From contig JAYOYH010000005.1 of the NCBI GenBank assembly GCA_038153405.1, positions 72,176-136,175 on the forward strand: a stretch of DNA of 64,000 bases, given 5' to 3'. Below the pieces are notes generated by a model. The model had not been told where the DNA came from and searched no databases. It saw nothing but the letters and a program-made list of their open reading frames with translations. The stretch comes from Gemmatimonadota bacterium (GTDB lineage: Bacteria; Latescibacterota; UBA2968; UBA8231). Position numbers and translations under genes: made by a program. Every line of letters begins with the position of its first letter. Within the stretch, counting starts at the first letter, position 1. Below are positions 19,047 through 29,301 of this stretch, in pieces.

Positions 19047-19075
19047 AATCTAAATTGTCTTCTAATACATGTCAA
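19047..19075 (-). promoter_or_regulatory. Strong sigma70-like promoter TTGACA-N17-TAGATT
   Basis: Consensus -35 at 19075-19070 and -10 at 19052-19047 in an AT-rich intergenic stretch. Confidence 0.75.
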
Positions 19076-19136
19076 GCTAATTTTTTCCGCATCCGCCGGG
19101 TTTATTATCTCTTTTCCATGGGGGCAGATAGCAGTA

Positions 19137-20876
19137 TCAGGAATCTCCTTTTACGGGCGTACCCGTCGCCCAAGGCATCGCACTACGACTCAGCTCCTTG
19201 CGCAGGGCGACTTGCTGCAGTTGGCGCGCCTTGTCGAGATATTTTTCCATTTCCTTGGGTTTTCCCTGACGCCCATAGGCTTTGCCCAACGCCAGATAGG
19301 CCCGCTCATATCCGTCGTCGAGTTCGACGGCCAGCTTGAAGGCCGCAACGGCTTTATCAAACCGGCCCATCTGAAAATACTCTACGCCCAGATTGTAATG
19401 CGCCGGCGCAAAGTCAGCATCGCGCGCCAGCGCCTGTTTGTGATAGCGGATGGCTTGCTGACGCTGCCCCGCCACCGAATAGGCAATCCCCAAATGGGTG
19501 TAGGCGGTAGCATAGCTGCTGTCGATGGCAAGCGCCCTTTTGTGCGAGGCAATGGCCTGCTCCACTTTTCCCTCGCGACTGTAGGCCACACCGAGGTCGT
19601 CGTGCACCTTGGCCACCTCCGGTGTCAGGCGCGCCAGGTACTCTTTGGCATCCAACGTCGACATCGAGTACGTCGCATCTGTCCAAGCAAAAAACAGAAT
19701 GGGCACGCCGAAGTACACCAGTTGCTTGCCCGTCTCGAACACGTAGGAAAACCCCGGCCACCGGTTGCCCAACGAACGCAGGCGATCCACAATCCCCAAG
19801 CGCACGTCGGCTTCGTCTGCGGCCACTTCGTCGGCGACGAAGTTCTGGCGAATTTCCCTCTTGTGCACCTTCCACATGAATCCATCGTAGTAGTAGTGCA
19901 TAAAGGCCGTGGTTGCGATCAATACCTTGACCAAGTCGTATATCAGGTAGTTCTCAGTCGCTCGCGCCATCGCCTCTACACCACCATAGGCTAAAATCAA
20001 CGCCAAATAGATCAGGATGATGCGAAAGCGACCATCGGCAAAAAGAAAGCGAAAGAACGATGAGCCCAATCTTTCTGAGCGCTTTAGGACGCCGTGGTTA
20101 TAGATCCAGACAATAGCAAAGTACTGTATGTCGTGCGCGAGTGCGGTCATCGCGTATCCCAAAATGACGTCATCCATCACGATATAGGCATAGTAAACAG
20201 TGAGAAATGTAGTCGCCGTAATGGCCAGCTTAGGCCAGACGATGGGGGCTCCCTGCCTGCTCGAACGCACTAGATGGACTACGTAGGCCACGGATATGGC
20301 CACGGCCAGAACGAGTAGCCCCTGCCGCAGCAGGGAAACGTATTCGGGTTGAAACCAGGTGTACAACCCGAAGCCGTAGCGGTGACAGCGCTCCATAAAA
20401 TTGACGAGATAGTGCGGGCTGGCGACGACGATGTAGGTAAAGCATATCGCCGTGAGCAACCAGTCGAATCGGCCGCTCAAACGGGAAGGCTTGTGGCGTT
20501 TAACCTCGTATATGCGCATAAAACCGTAGTGCTGCATAAAGAAGTGCCACATGTCCCACAGGGCGAGAAATATAAAGAAGCCCAGATGGCCGTTGAAGAC
20601 GCTCCATCCCACACAGGCGACGATGACCAGCGGAGATATGATAAAGCGAGCCTTGTAACGATCGAAGAGTTCGCGCTCGCCATAGGCTCGCATCAGACCG
20701 GGCAAGTGATGCCCAACGGCGAAAAAAGCCAGGACAAAGAGGGCGATGTCAAAGGAGCTAAAGTAGTTGGACGCCGCCTGCAAGAGGACCAGCGAAAGCA
20801 GAGGCGTACCGATGAAGAACAGCGAATCGCTGACCCGGTTGATGATCCAGCCCTGGGAGGCGCTACTGTTGCCCAT
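19137..20876 (-). CDS. Polytopic membrane protein with His motifs and C-terminal TPRs
   Basis: About 9-10 TM segments with GHHLPG, WHFFMQHYG, AHDIQY and HYYYDGFMWK; TPRs (HDDLGVAY, YTHLGIAY, HYNLGVEY). Confidence 0.75.
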   Translation of the reverse strand: MGNSSASQGWIINRVSDSLFFIGTPLLSLVLLQAASNYFSSFDIALFVLAFFAVGHHLPGLMRAYGERELFDRYKARFIISPLVIVACVGWSVFNGHLGFFIFLALWDMWHFFMQHYGFMRIYEVKRHKPSRLSGRFDWLLTAICFTYIVVASPHYLVNFMERCHRYGFGLYTWFQPEYVSLLRQGLLVLAVAISVAYVVHLVRSSRQGAPIVWPKLAITATTFLTVYYAYIVMDDVILGYAMTALAHDIQYFAIVWIYNHGVLKRSERLGSSFFRFLFADGRFRIILIYLALILAYGGVEAMARATENYLIYDLVKVLIATTAFMHYYYDGFMWKVHKREIRQNFVADEVAADEADVRLGIVDRLRSLGNRWPGFSYVFETGKQLVYFGVPILFFAWTDATYSMSTLDAKEYLARLTPEVAKVHDDLGVAYSREGKVEQAIASHKRALAIDSSYATAYTHLGIAYSVAGQRQQAIRYHKQALARDADFAPAHYNLGVEYFQMGRFDKAVAAFKLAVELDDGYERAYLALGKAYGRQGKPKEMEKYLDKARQLQQVALRKELSRSAMPWATGTPVKGDS

Positions 20877-20945
20877 CGTCAAATACCTGCAAAAGCCTTT
20901 GGGAATAGGGGTAGAACCGGCACCGCACCGGCTCATCGGATAAAG

Positions 20946-23891
20946 CTAAAACCCAGCAAAAATCGATATAAAGGCCACGCCTGCCGTGCGAGATTCACGG
21001 TCTTGCTCGACGACCTCGAGCGAGCGCCGATCGTAGCGAACGCCGACTTGCGTCGTCATGTTATAGCCTAAATAAGGCCGCGTATTTGTCAACTGCAACG
21101 CGACAACCGTGCCGCGAAAGTCGCCCGTTAACATCCCTGCAGCCATCTCTTCCTCATCGCCTAGAAGATTGGAAAAGTTTCGCTGTTCGAGACCCACTTC
21201 TATGCGCGTGGACTGCAGCAGCGGAAAGCTGACCTGGAGAAAGAGCAACGCGTCCCAGCTGCGCTGCTTTACAGCGCTACGGCTAAAGGGCACTTCGCGC
21301 AAAAACTCGCTTTTGATTTTGGGTGACAGGGAGAGACGACCCCAGTTGAGCAGATAGTCGGCCTTGTTGATCACCCCCAAAAAACTCGAGGTCTCTCGCC
21401 CGTTGCGACCGTCCGGACCGAGCGGATCGAAAAAAACAATGGCCTCGCCCGCTTCGTCGCGAACGATCTCCCCGGCTTCGTCGCGCAGTAGTTCAACGTC
21501 GACATTGCGCTGTTGCCACCAATCCCATTTGAAGCGGTGGCGCATACCCCAGTTGCGCGGGCTGGAGTACTGCCAGTCGGCGGCCAGCGAGTTAATCCAA
21601 GTATCTTCCGCCGCCAACAGGTCAACCACCGGCTCATTGCGGCCACCAGTCTCGACCGGATTGCCAAAGCGCGGGCGGGGCAGAACCCACTGCGATAGAT
21701 GGTCGTGTATCGTATCTTCCGCCTGCCGCAGCATATTGAAGACGCGCACCTTACCCACTCTCGGCAGGCTCTTCTCGAAGGTAAAAATGCCGTACGCCGT
21801 CGTATTATGTCGATCTGAGCCGCGCATTTCCTCGTCGAGCCGCCCTAGCGTGAGCTTTATCTCCGGCGAAACTTCGACGCTGCCGTATACATTGTGACCC
21901 CAGTGGTCGCGCTTGTAGGGATAGTCGGGCTCGTCGTCGTTTTCAAAGCGGTCGACCCAGCCGTTGTTGTTGAGGTCTATGCCAAATAGAAATTCGGGGC
22001 GATCGACGTGGTAGCGCAGAAACGGCTCGTCGTAGTCGGGAAAGAAATTTTGCCGATCGCCGTTGCTGTTCTGGTTGAAGTCAGAGAGGAAATCGCCGTT
22101 CTCATCAAAACCGGGAAATACGGCTGGATCCGCCACGCCCTCCGGCGTTACGCTAAATAGCTGCCCGGGAATCGGGATCAGGCTGCCCTGATTGAAGCGC
22201 AGTTGATCGGGATGGCGATCGTTATCGTCGTTGTCTTCTACGAAGTCGTAGTTGCGATTGGTCGCTTCCGGTGAGTAATCCACCGTGCCGCGGGGATTAA
22301 CTGGCCGCACAGACGAATTGTATTCTTCGTCCATGCCAAATGCCTCCAGAAAGAAGTGCCATGGACCGGCCTGCTTCGACAAGTTAGCCATCCAGCCGAT
22401 CGCCCGTTCGTCGTCGACAATCCCGCTTATGGCCGTGCGATTCTTGGCATTGACCGAGGGATACTTCCGATACTGGTTGTTGACGTTGAATTCGCCGTAG
22501 AAATCAAAGCCATGAAAATCGCGTAGCTCGGCCGTGGCGCCAAAGATTTGATTGGCGGTAGGCAAGCCATAGTCGAATACTACCTCGCGCTGATTGAGTC
22601 GGTTGCGAATATTGCCCGGGGCACGCGATACGACGATAAACTGCGGTTGACCAACGTTGTTGACCTGACGATCGGAAGCGACCTCAACGCGATAGTCGTT
22701 GGCCACCACCAGGCGCACGCGCACGTTCTTTATCGCCGTCACCGCGTCTTCGGCTTCGGCCAGCGTCAGGCCCAAGCCCTGCTGCAAGCGCAGCCGCAGC
22801 GAACTCTCCTGGTCGTCCTCCGTGCCGGTCAACTGGTACTTCAGCGTTATACTTTCGGCGCCGTCTGCCGTGAGGAAACCGTCTCGCACGCTGCCGCCTT
22901 CGCGCGCGGCGCGAAAGCCAATGCTTGAACCGGTAATAACCGTATCCCTAGGCACCAACTCAACGCCCGTTGGCCCCTCGACTTCTCTCATCAACGTCGT
23001 AGCAATCTGCACGTCTTCGCTAAAGAGCACGGCGCCCCCGGTCCCATCCTCGGGGCTATCGTCGGAGAGCCGAACGACCAGAAGCGTCTGGCGCTGCTCG
23101 ATCTGACCACCGGTAAGCAATCCCTTGAATGGATTGTCCTGAAAGCTCTCGCGCGCACCGGTGCCGTTGTGCGCATTGACAAACGTCGCTCCAAGCGTCA
23201 GCGAGTTGTTGACAGCCGCTTCTATACGACCGCCCATCAAGTTGGTAAAGTGCGAGGCGGGGCGCGTCGGAATTTCGGCGTCAATGGCAATAATGGGGTT
23301 GGATATGCGCGAGAACAGGCCCGTAACTTCGACGTTACTATTGGCAGCGCTAATCACTACGCCATTGAAACCGGCCTTGCGAAAGGTCATCGGCGTCAAT
23401 GTCGTATTGATCTCGTCGCCTATCATGATCGAGTAGCTGTAATCGCCGCTCTGGTCTGAGGCGATGACCAGACGGTTAAACCAGCTTCCGTAGATGCCCG
23501 GCTTAGTCACTTCGCTCGACTCAAAAGACAGCGGTTGGCGCTGGCGCCAATCGTAAACCAGTCGACCGCGCGTAATCAAATCGCCAAAGCTATCGTAGAA
23601 ATAAAATCCCTCCTGATTGCGATCGATGTAGCGAAGGTACGACTCCCTAGCATAGTTGGTGTATTCGCGCTGGCGCAGTCCGTATTCCGTGAAGAGTTCC
23701 TGCGGCAGGTACCAGCGCTGTACGGTCGGATCAAGTGCCCCGATCTCGATGGACAGCCCCGATGCCGAATAGGTGCTGCGATCGCCTATTCGACGTCCCA
23801 AGCGATTGCCGTAGTCCATTTGTGCCAGCGCACTGGATGCACAGACCAGCAGCCCCAAAAAGACCGCTGTGCGGTAGAATGGACTCGCCAT
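20946..23891 (-). CDS. Putative outer-membrane beta-barrel protein with Ca-binding-like Asp/Asn motifs (paralog O1)
   Basis: Signal peptide ALA-Q; amphipathic strands; DNDDNDRHPD, DENGDF and DLNNNGWVD motifs; ends FISIFAGF with a terminal Phe. Confidence 0.65.
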   Translation of the reverse strand: MASPFYRTAVFLGLLVCASSALAQMDYGNRLGRRIGDRSTYSASGLSIEIGALDPTVQRWYLPQELFTEYGLRQREYTNYARESYLRYIDRNQEGFYFYDSFGDLITRGRLVYDWRQRQPLSFESSEVTKPGIYGSWFNRLVIASDQSGDYSYSIMIGDEINTTLTPMTFRKAGFNGVVISAANSNVEVTGLFSRISNPIIAIDAEIPTRPASHFTNLMGGRIEAAVNNSLTLGATFVNAHNGTGARESFQDNPFKGLLTGGQIEQRQTLLVVRLSDDSPEDGTGGAVLFSEDVQIATTLMREVEGPTGVELVPRDTVITGSSIGFRAAREGGSVRDGFLTADGAESITLKYQLTGTEDDQESSLRLRLQQGLGLTLAEAEDAVTAIKNVRVRLVVANDYRVEVASDRQVNNVGQPQFIVVSRAPGNIRNRLNQREVVFDYGLPTANQIFGATAELRDFHGFDFYGEFNVNNQYRKYPSVNAKNRTAISGIVDDERAIGWMANLSKQAGPWHFFLEAFGMDEEYNSSVRPVNPRGTVDYSPEATNRNYDFVEDNDDNDRHPDQLRFNQGSLIPIPGQLFSVTPEGVADPAVFPGFDENGDFLSDFNQNSNGDRQNFFPDYDEPFLRYHVDRPEFLFGIDLNNNGWVDRFENDDEPDYPYKRDHWGHNVYGSVEVSPEIKLTLGRLDEEMRGSDRHNTTAYGIFTFEKSLPRVGKVRVFNMLRQAEDTIHDHLSQWVLPRPRFGNPVETGGRNEPVVDLLAAEDTWINSLAADWQYSSPRNWGMRHRFKWDWWQQRNVDVELLRDEAGEIVRDEAGEAIVFFDPLGPDGRNGRETSSFLGVINKADYLLNWGRLSLSPKIKSEFLREVPFSRSAVKQRSWDALLFLQVSFPLLQSTRIEVGLEQRNFSNLLGDEEEMAAGMLTGDFRGTVVALQLTNTRPYLGYNMTTQVGVRYDRRSLEVVEQDRESRTAGVAFISIFAGF

Positions 23892-26677
23892 TACTGCAAC
23901 CCCGCGTAGACGGTCAGAAAGCTGGTCGTGACGCTACTTGCTTCGCTGCCAATATCGAAACCGCCGGCGGCATTCTCAGTGACGCCTTCGGTGAGTATCC
24001 GCGAGAAACGCAAGCCGACCTGAGTCGTCAGCACGTACCCCTGATAGTTGGAGATATTCGAAAGCTGAACCGCTACCGTGCGCGAGTTGATATCGCCCGT
24101 TTCACGAGTAATGCCGAGGTCGACCATCTCTTCCTCATCGGCGACCAAGTCGCGCAGCCACAGCAGTTCGACACCCGCCTGTAGCAGCGTGTTTTGCAGC
24201 GCCGGCATCTGAGCGAGTAGAATACCGGTGCCGGTCCACTGTCTGCGCTTGTCCTCGCTCTGCAAGAAAGGAGTCATGCGCAAATACTCACTTTTGAACC
24301 GAGGGCGAAGACTCAATCGACCGAGTTCGTACAGGTAATCAATTTTGTTGATCGCCCCCAAGAAACTCGAGTTGTCGCGCAGGGGGCGATTGTCGATATC
24401 CCGCATTCCGCTGCTGGCCTGATTGAAGACTTCCCATTTGAACTTGTTGGCAATCCGCAGGTTTTCGACTCCCTCGTAGTCAAATCCGATAAAGGAGGAG
24501 TTGATCCAAGTATCCTGCGCCGGCAATATATCGCGAACTAACGGCTGTATGCCCGTAGCCTCAACAAAGGGAGTCGGCTCGCGGCGATCATCGGGAATCG
24601 AATCCTGGCTGCGCTTCAGCGACTCAAAGATCTGCAGCCTGCCCAACCCGGGGTAGTCGCGGTCAAAAGTAAAGAGCAGAAAGTTGGTCCGATTAGAGCG
24701 GTCGACCGAAATCATATCTTCGTCAGTGCGCCCCACGCTCAGCTTGATGTGAGGCGTGACAAAGGCTCCGACGTAGAAGTTGTAGCCGCGGCGATCGGCC
24801 TTGTAGGGATAGTCGGGCAAGTCGTCGTCTTCAAAGCGATCGATCCAGTTGTTGTTGTTGTGATCAATGCCGAAGAGGAATTCCGGGCGATCGACTTCAA
24901 AGCGCAGAAAGGGTTCCTCGTAGTCGGGCAAGAGATTGGTTACGGTAGCATTGTCGTTTTGGTTGAAGTCGTTGATAAAGTCATTGTTCTGGTCCCAGCC
25001 GGGAAAAATCAGTCGATCGTCAAGCTGACCGAAGCGCGTCCAGTCCGGGAAGCGATCTAAGTCATCGTTGTCTTCGACAAACTCGTAGAGGTAGCGCTGC
25101 GTATTGTCGTACTGCACATCGCCGTTGTTGTCGGCTAGGTAGGCCGTCGTCGAATAGGCGCGGTCAAACGAGTAGGCCTCGCCGAACAGGTAATAGGGGT
25201 AGGCCTGCTTGGATAGGTTGAAATGCCACGCATCGGCATCCAGCGAGGAAATTTCGTGCTGCTTGCCAGCGGTGAAGGTGGCGGCGTTGGGATACTGGAA
25301 ATACTTCTTGTTGCGGTCCCACTCGCCGTAGAAGTCAAAGCCCAGCAGGTCCGTTCCCTCAATGGAGAATCCGCCGACCAGATTGCCCGTTGGCAGACCG
25401 TACTCAAAGCGCACGCGCTGCAGGTTGGATATGTCCTGCACATTGCCGTCGGCCCGTTTCACGTTGATAAAAGCTGGTTCAGAAGCATCAATCGACTCGG
25501 GACTCAGCGGCGCCGACGGCATGGGCCGCTGTCCCGTCTGCTGGCTAGACCACATCTCAACCTTGAAATCGTTGGCCATCACGTAGTCGAACTCGACGTT
25601 GATAATCGAGGTCGGATCGGGACCTATGTAGGATGGATCGTCAAAATCGTAGTTGAGTACAATGCGCTCTGGCCCGTCGGCGGCCAGAAAACCCGAGCGC
25701 TTAAATCCACCGAATATAATGGGCCACTCCGCGCCGGCTCGCACGACCTGCTGCAGCGTGAAGACTTCCTCTCTGCCCGTCTCGAAGTTTTTGCTGGTAA
25801 TGCGCACATCGTGTGAGAATAGCGCCGCCCCTCCCTCTCCGTCAGCCGGACTGTCGTCGCTGAGAACGATGGCAATCGCCGTCAGCGGCGTGCTGCTCTG
25901 GCCAGAAGTCAGGGTGCCGGCAATCATATCGCCGCTAAACAGATCGAGACTGGTATTAGAGTTACGTGCATTGACCAACGTCGCGCCCAACTCGACAAAG
26001 TCACCCAGTTGGAACGTCGCGCGACCGCCAAATAGGCTGGTGGCATTGGTGCGCGTAATGGGCTGGTTCGTGGCGCCGCGAATCGGCTCACTAGCGCGCG
26101 AAGCCAGGATCGTCGCCGCGTACTTATCGGACGCAAAGTCGATCTGCACGCCGTTAAACGTCGGCTTGGAAAAAGTCATCGGCGTCAGCGTAGTGCGGAT
26201 GCGATCACCGACGGTAATGGCGTAGTGATACTGGCCCTTAGACTCACCGCCAATAGTCACCGAGTTAAACCACGACGAAAACCGCGAGTTTTGGAAAATA
26301 CTGCTGCCCAGCTGCTGCGGCTGGTCTTGACGCCAATCGTATATCAGCCAGCCACGGCCGATAAAGTTGCCGTAAAAGTCGTAGAAATAATCGCCTTCCA
26401 ACGTGGTGCTGACGTAGCGCTGGTATGGGTCGCGAGCATAGTTGGAGTATTCCCACTGGCGCCAGCCATACTCCGTGGCCAACTCCTGCGGCACATACCA
26501 TTTTTTAACCGCTGGATCGAGCGCACCAAACATCACTCCAGAGCCCTGCGGCTCAAAAGACACCTTGCCTCCTCGCTGAACACCAAGCCGGCTGCCGTAG
26601 TCTTGGCCCGACGCAGCCACAGCCCAAAACTGCAGGCATGCCAGACAGAGCAAACTCCAATTACTGTAGGCTTTCAA
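23891..26677 (-). CDS. Putative outer-membrane beta-barrel protein (paralog O2)
   Basis: TTG start at 26677 after SD AGGGAGG; QDYGSRLG, ALDP.V..WY.PQEL and TTLTPMTF.K..FNGV are shared with O1; its TAA overlaps the O1 ATG (TAATG). Confidence 0.65.
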   Translation of the reverse strand: MKAYSNWSLLCLACLQFWAVAASGQDYGSRLGVQRGGKVSFEPQGSGVMFGALDPAVKKWYVPQELATEYGWRQWEYSNYARDPYQRYVSTTLEGDYFYDFYGNFIGRGWLIYDWRQDQPQQLGSSIFQNSRFSSWFNSVTIGGESKGQYHYAITVGDRIRTTLTPMTFSKPTFNGVQIDFASDKYAATILASRASEPIRGATNQPITRTNATSLFGGRATFQLGDFVELGATLVNARNSNTSLDLFSGDMIAGTLTSGQSSTPLTAIAIVLSDDSPADGEGGAALFSHDVRITSKNFETGREEVFTLQQVVRAGAEWPIIFGGFKRSGFLAADGPERIVLNYDFDDPSYIGPDPTSIINVEFDYVMANDFKVEMWSSQQTGQRPMPSAPLSPESIDASEPAFINVKRADGNVQDISNLQRVRFEYGLPTGNLVGGFSIEGTDLLGFDFYGEWDRNKKYFQYPNAATFTAGKQHEISSLDADAWHFNLSKQAYPYYLFGEAYSFDRAYSTTAYLADNNGDVQYDNTQRYLYEFVEDNDDLDRFPDWTRFGQLDDRLIFPGWDQNNDFINDFNQNDNATVTNLLPDYEEPFLRFEVDRPEFLFGIDHNNNNWIDRFEDDDLPDYPYKADRRGYNFYVGAFVTPHIKLSVGRTDEDMISVDRSNRTNFLLFTFDRDYPGLGRLQIFESLKRSQDSIPDDRREPTPFVEATGIQPLVRDILPAQDTWINSSFIGFDYEGVENLRIANKFKWEVFNQASSGMRDIDNRPLRDNSSFLGAINKIDYLYELGRLSLRPRFKSEYLRMTPFLQSEDKRRQWTGTGILLAQMPALQNTLLQAGVELLWLRDLVADEEEMVDLGITRETGDINSRTVAVQLSNISNYQGYVLTTQVGLRFSRILTEGVTENAAGGFDIGSEASSVTTSFLTVYAGLQ

Positions 26678-26729
26678 ACTCAATCCCTCCCTTTGCGGTC
26701 GAGTTCTAATATTCAAATCTGCGCGGTGG

Positions 26730-28988
26730 TCAATAGGCCACGGCAACGACGCCAATCTGTCGCTGGCTGCCGGTGCCGGCACTCAGCGATACAGAAACCA
26801 GATAGTTGCCCGGTGGCACCATCGCGCCCGCATCGTCGCGCCCGTCCCACGCCCGAGCAAAGCGGCCGCTCGTATCTAAATTGTCGTACAGCCTGCGCAC
26901 CTGGCGCCCGGACATGTCGTAGATATGTATCTCCACCGGTGCAGGTCGCGCAATATTGGTTATGTCGTACTGAATTTCAGTCGCATCGTTGATGCCATCC
27001 CCGTTCGGAGTAAAGGCCATCGGCACGACGTCGACGTTCACCAGCAGATCGCGCGCGATCGGAACCGCTACCGACAGATTGCCCGTAAGCGGCGTCCCCA
27101 ACGGCTGCAGGTCGGTATCGGCCAGGCCATCGGCGCTCAAATCGGCCGCATTGCCGGCCACGGCATTCTGCCCCAGCGTCTCGCTTGCGGCGTAGTTGAG
27201 CGCCTGGCCGGTGAACGTAGTTCCAAAGCGCAGCACCGCACAGTCAAAGCCGACCTTGAGTTCCGTGCCGTGCTCGTCAATAAGCGGGAAACCGATAACG
27301 AGTGCATTGTCGCTCACTTCGAGAATGCTGATTCCGTTCTGCGTCAGCGGCAGCGCGTCGAGCGCAGCATCGGAAAAATCAGCCAATGCAACAGAGCCGT
27401 CGGGGCGCGCTATCGAGATCTGTCCAACGGCCTCAGCTTTGAGCGGAGTATCTATGCGAAAGCGATCAAAGCCTCGGTCCTGACCGGGCCGCGACTGGTT
27501 GCGCACCGCGTAGACAAAGCGCGTTCGCTGACCAACGGCCGCCTCGCGCGGCGAGATCTCACCGATGATGCGCTCTGCAAAGGGAGGCGTCACGACTTCA
27601 AATGAAAGCGAACCAACGCCGGTAGCGGCGGCAAAATCCTCGCTGAATAGATCAACGGCAAACTGGAAGTAGCGGCGGGGATCGGCGGCGATAATCGGCA
27701 CGCCCATCGAAGGATTCTCGATATCGTCCTCTATGACTACGGCGCTTGGCGCGTACGGAGGCGACCAACCACTCCAATTCGTCAGATCGTCGCGGATATC
27801 GCCCTTATCCTCGTTCTTAAGTTTGTTGTACTCGCCTTCTTCCAGCGTGACCAACACCTGCTTATCGAGCGGCAGCCCATTGAACGCCTCAATGGCGTTG
27901 CGCAGCCCCACCTGATCGTTGTCGAGCACCGTCTCGACCAGTTCTTTCAGCTCCGCATCGTCGACGTCAGCGGCAGATTTCCAGGGCACGGGATCGCCCG
28001 ACGTCGTGGTGCCGGATCGATTGCCCGAAGTCGCACCTCCACCGCTGCGAAAGATGCGCTCTCCTGGACGAATCTTATTGTACTCAACGGGGTCTATGTC
28101 CCGACCAACGCGCGTGCGAACTTCCACCTTCGAAAGGGCTCCGTCTCCCTCTTTGCCCTGAATCCAGCGCAAGTTGCCCAACAGAGCCAGATCACCAAAG
28201 TCGAGTACGTCGGAAAGGTAGCTGGCCTCGGGCACGAAGCCGGTGCCAAAGATCTGAAACTCGGCGATTTCAAAACCCGCTGTCGTCAGCGATTTGAGGC
28301 GGATGTGGCGAACGTACTGGGGCTCGATGCGCAGGTCCACGACCGAGTTTTCGTTGAGCGATTCGAGAAAGATGGTCTCGTAAATAGGCCGCCCTTCCAG
28401 CTGAGTCTGATCTGTGCCATCGTTGAGAAAGAGCTCAAATCCGCGCATGAAGTCATTCTGAAAGGGGAACGCCGGAGCAGGAAATGCCGGGTCGGCATTG
28501 CGCGGAAAGAATTTGAATCGGTCGATGCCGAAGCGCGCACCCAGATCGAGATCTATGATGATGCCCAGCACCTGTGCCGACTGTCCAGCCGCCACGCGCA
28601 AATCAAGTGCGGTAGCCCCGTCGTTGTCGATCATGTTCGGCAGGTCCGCGCGAATGCGCTGCGCGTTAGGCGAGGTGATCTCTCCGCCGCGATCCTCCGA
28701 CGCGGCACCGACCGCTATATTGAGGGTCGTATCAGCGCGCTGGGGAAAGATCCAGTTGCTCAGGCCCTCGACTTGAAAGTCGATAACTCCCCCCGGGGCA
28801 TTGGTGTGCTCAACTTTGCGCGCACCGCGGATAACCGTCGGCTCGATGCCGTCGCCTCCGCCCTCCCAACTCAACCCCTGTCCCCCGATTACAAAGACCT
28901 CGGCATTGACCTGCGCCGCCCTCCCCCAGATGAGTAGGACCAAAATCAGAGGGAAGCTCCTGCTCAATTTTCGCGTCTTCAGCGACAT
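26730..28988 (-). CDS. Secreted protein with a discoidin-like module and a FlgD-Ig-like C-terminal domain (paralog C)
   Basis: Signal peptide VNA-E; LDLGARFGIDRFKFFPR..FEIAEFQIFG; WSGWSPPY; AFTPNGDGIND..WDGRDDAG..VAVAY. Confidence 0.8.
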   Translation of the reverse strand: MSLKTRKLSRSFPLILVLLIWGRAAQVNAEVFVIGGQGLSWEGGGDGIEPTVIRGARKVEHTNAPGGVIDFQVEGLSNWIFPQRADTTLNIAVGAASEDRGGEITSPNAQRIRADLPNMIDNDGATALDLRVAAGQSAQVLGIIIDLDLGARFGIDRFKFFPRNADPAFPAPAFPFQNDFMRGFELFLNDGTDQTQLEGRPIYETIFLESLNENSVVDLRIEPQYVRHIRLKSLTTAGFEIAEFQIFGTGFVPEASYLSDVLDFGDLALLGNLRWIQGKEGDGALSKVEVRTRVGRDIDPVEYNKIRPGERIFRSGGGATSGNRSGTTTSGDPVPWKSAADVDDAELKELVETVLDNDQVGLRNAIEAFNGLPLDKQVLVTLEEGEYNKLKNEDKGDIRDDLTNWSGWSPPYAPSAVVIEDDIENPSMGVPIIAADPRRYFQFAVDLFSEDFAAATGVGSLSFEVVTPPFAERIIGEISPREAAVGQRTRFVYAVRNQSRPGQDRGFDRFRIDTPLKAEAVGQISIARPDGSVALADFSDAALDALPLTQNGISILEVSDNALVIGFPLIDEHGTELKVGFDCAVLRFGTTFTGQALNYAASETLGQNAVAGNAADLSADGLADTDLQPLGTPLTGNLSVAVPIARDLLVNVDVVPMAFTPNGDGINDATEIQYDITNIARPAPVEIHIYDMSGRQVRRLYDNLDTSGRFARAWDGRDDAGAMVPPGNYLVSVSLSAGTGSQRQIGVVAVAY

Positions 28989-29301
28989 CGCAAGTATCCT
29001 ATACAATAGATTGATCAGATCGGCGTTGTATAAAAACCGTTGGGACAGATGTCCAGAACATCGTCAACCGACGAATTGCCCTTGAAATTCACCGTTCCAT
29101 CGTCCTACGCGACGTGTGGGTGGGGCAAATGTCGGTATATTAATAACCTACCTGAGGTTGGAGAGCAAGCGTTTTTTACTTGCGCGATTGGGCGGTGCCG
29201 ACCAGAGATGGAACAGCCTCAACGCCCCCTCGATTCGCCTATTAACCGCTTCGACAACGCCATTTGGACAAAGTGCTTCCCACAACAAATTCGCGACAAG
29301 A

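Noticed and set aside
19041..19994. 317 aa plus-strand ORF and the many other nested or antisense ORFs in the track
   Set aside because: They are shadow frames of GC-rich real genes, with no SD or family motifs.
6169..28988. Flagellar hook-cap (flgD) genes
   Set aside because: Only the C-terminal Ig-like domain resembles FlgD. The proteins have Sec signals and no flagellar genes are present.
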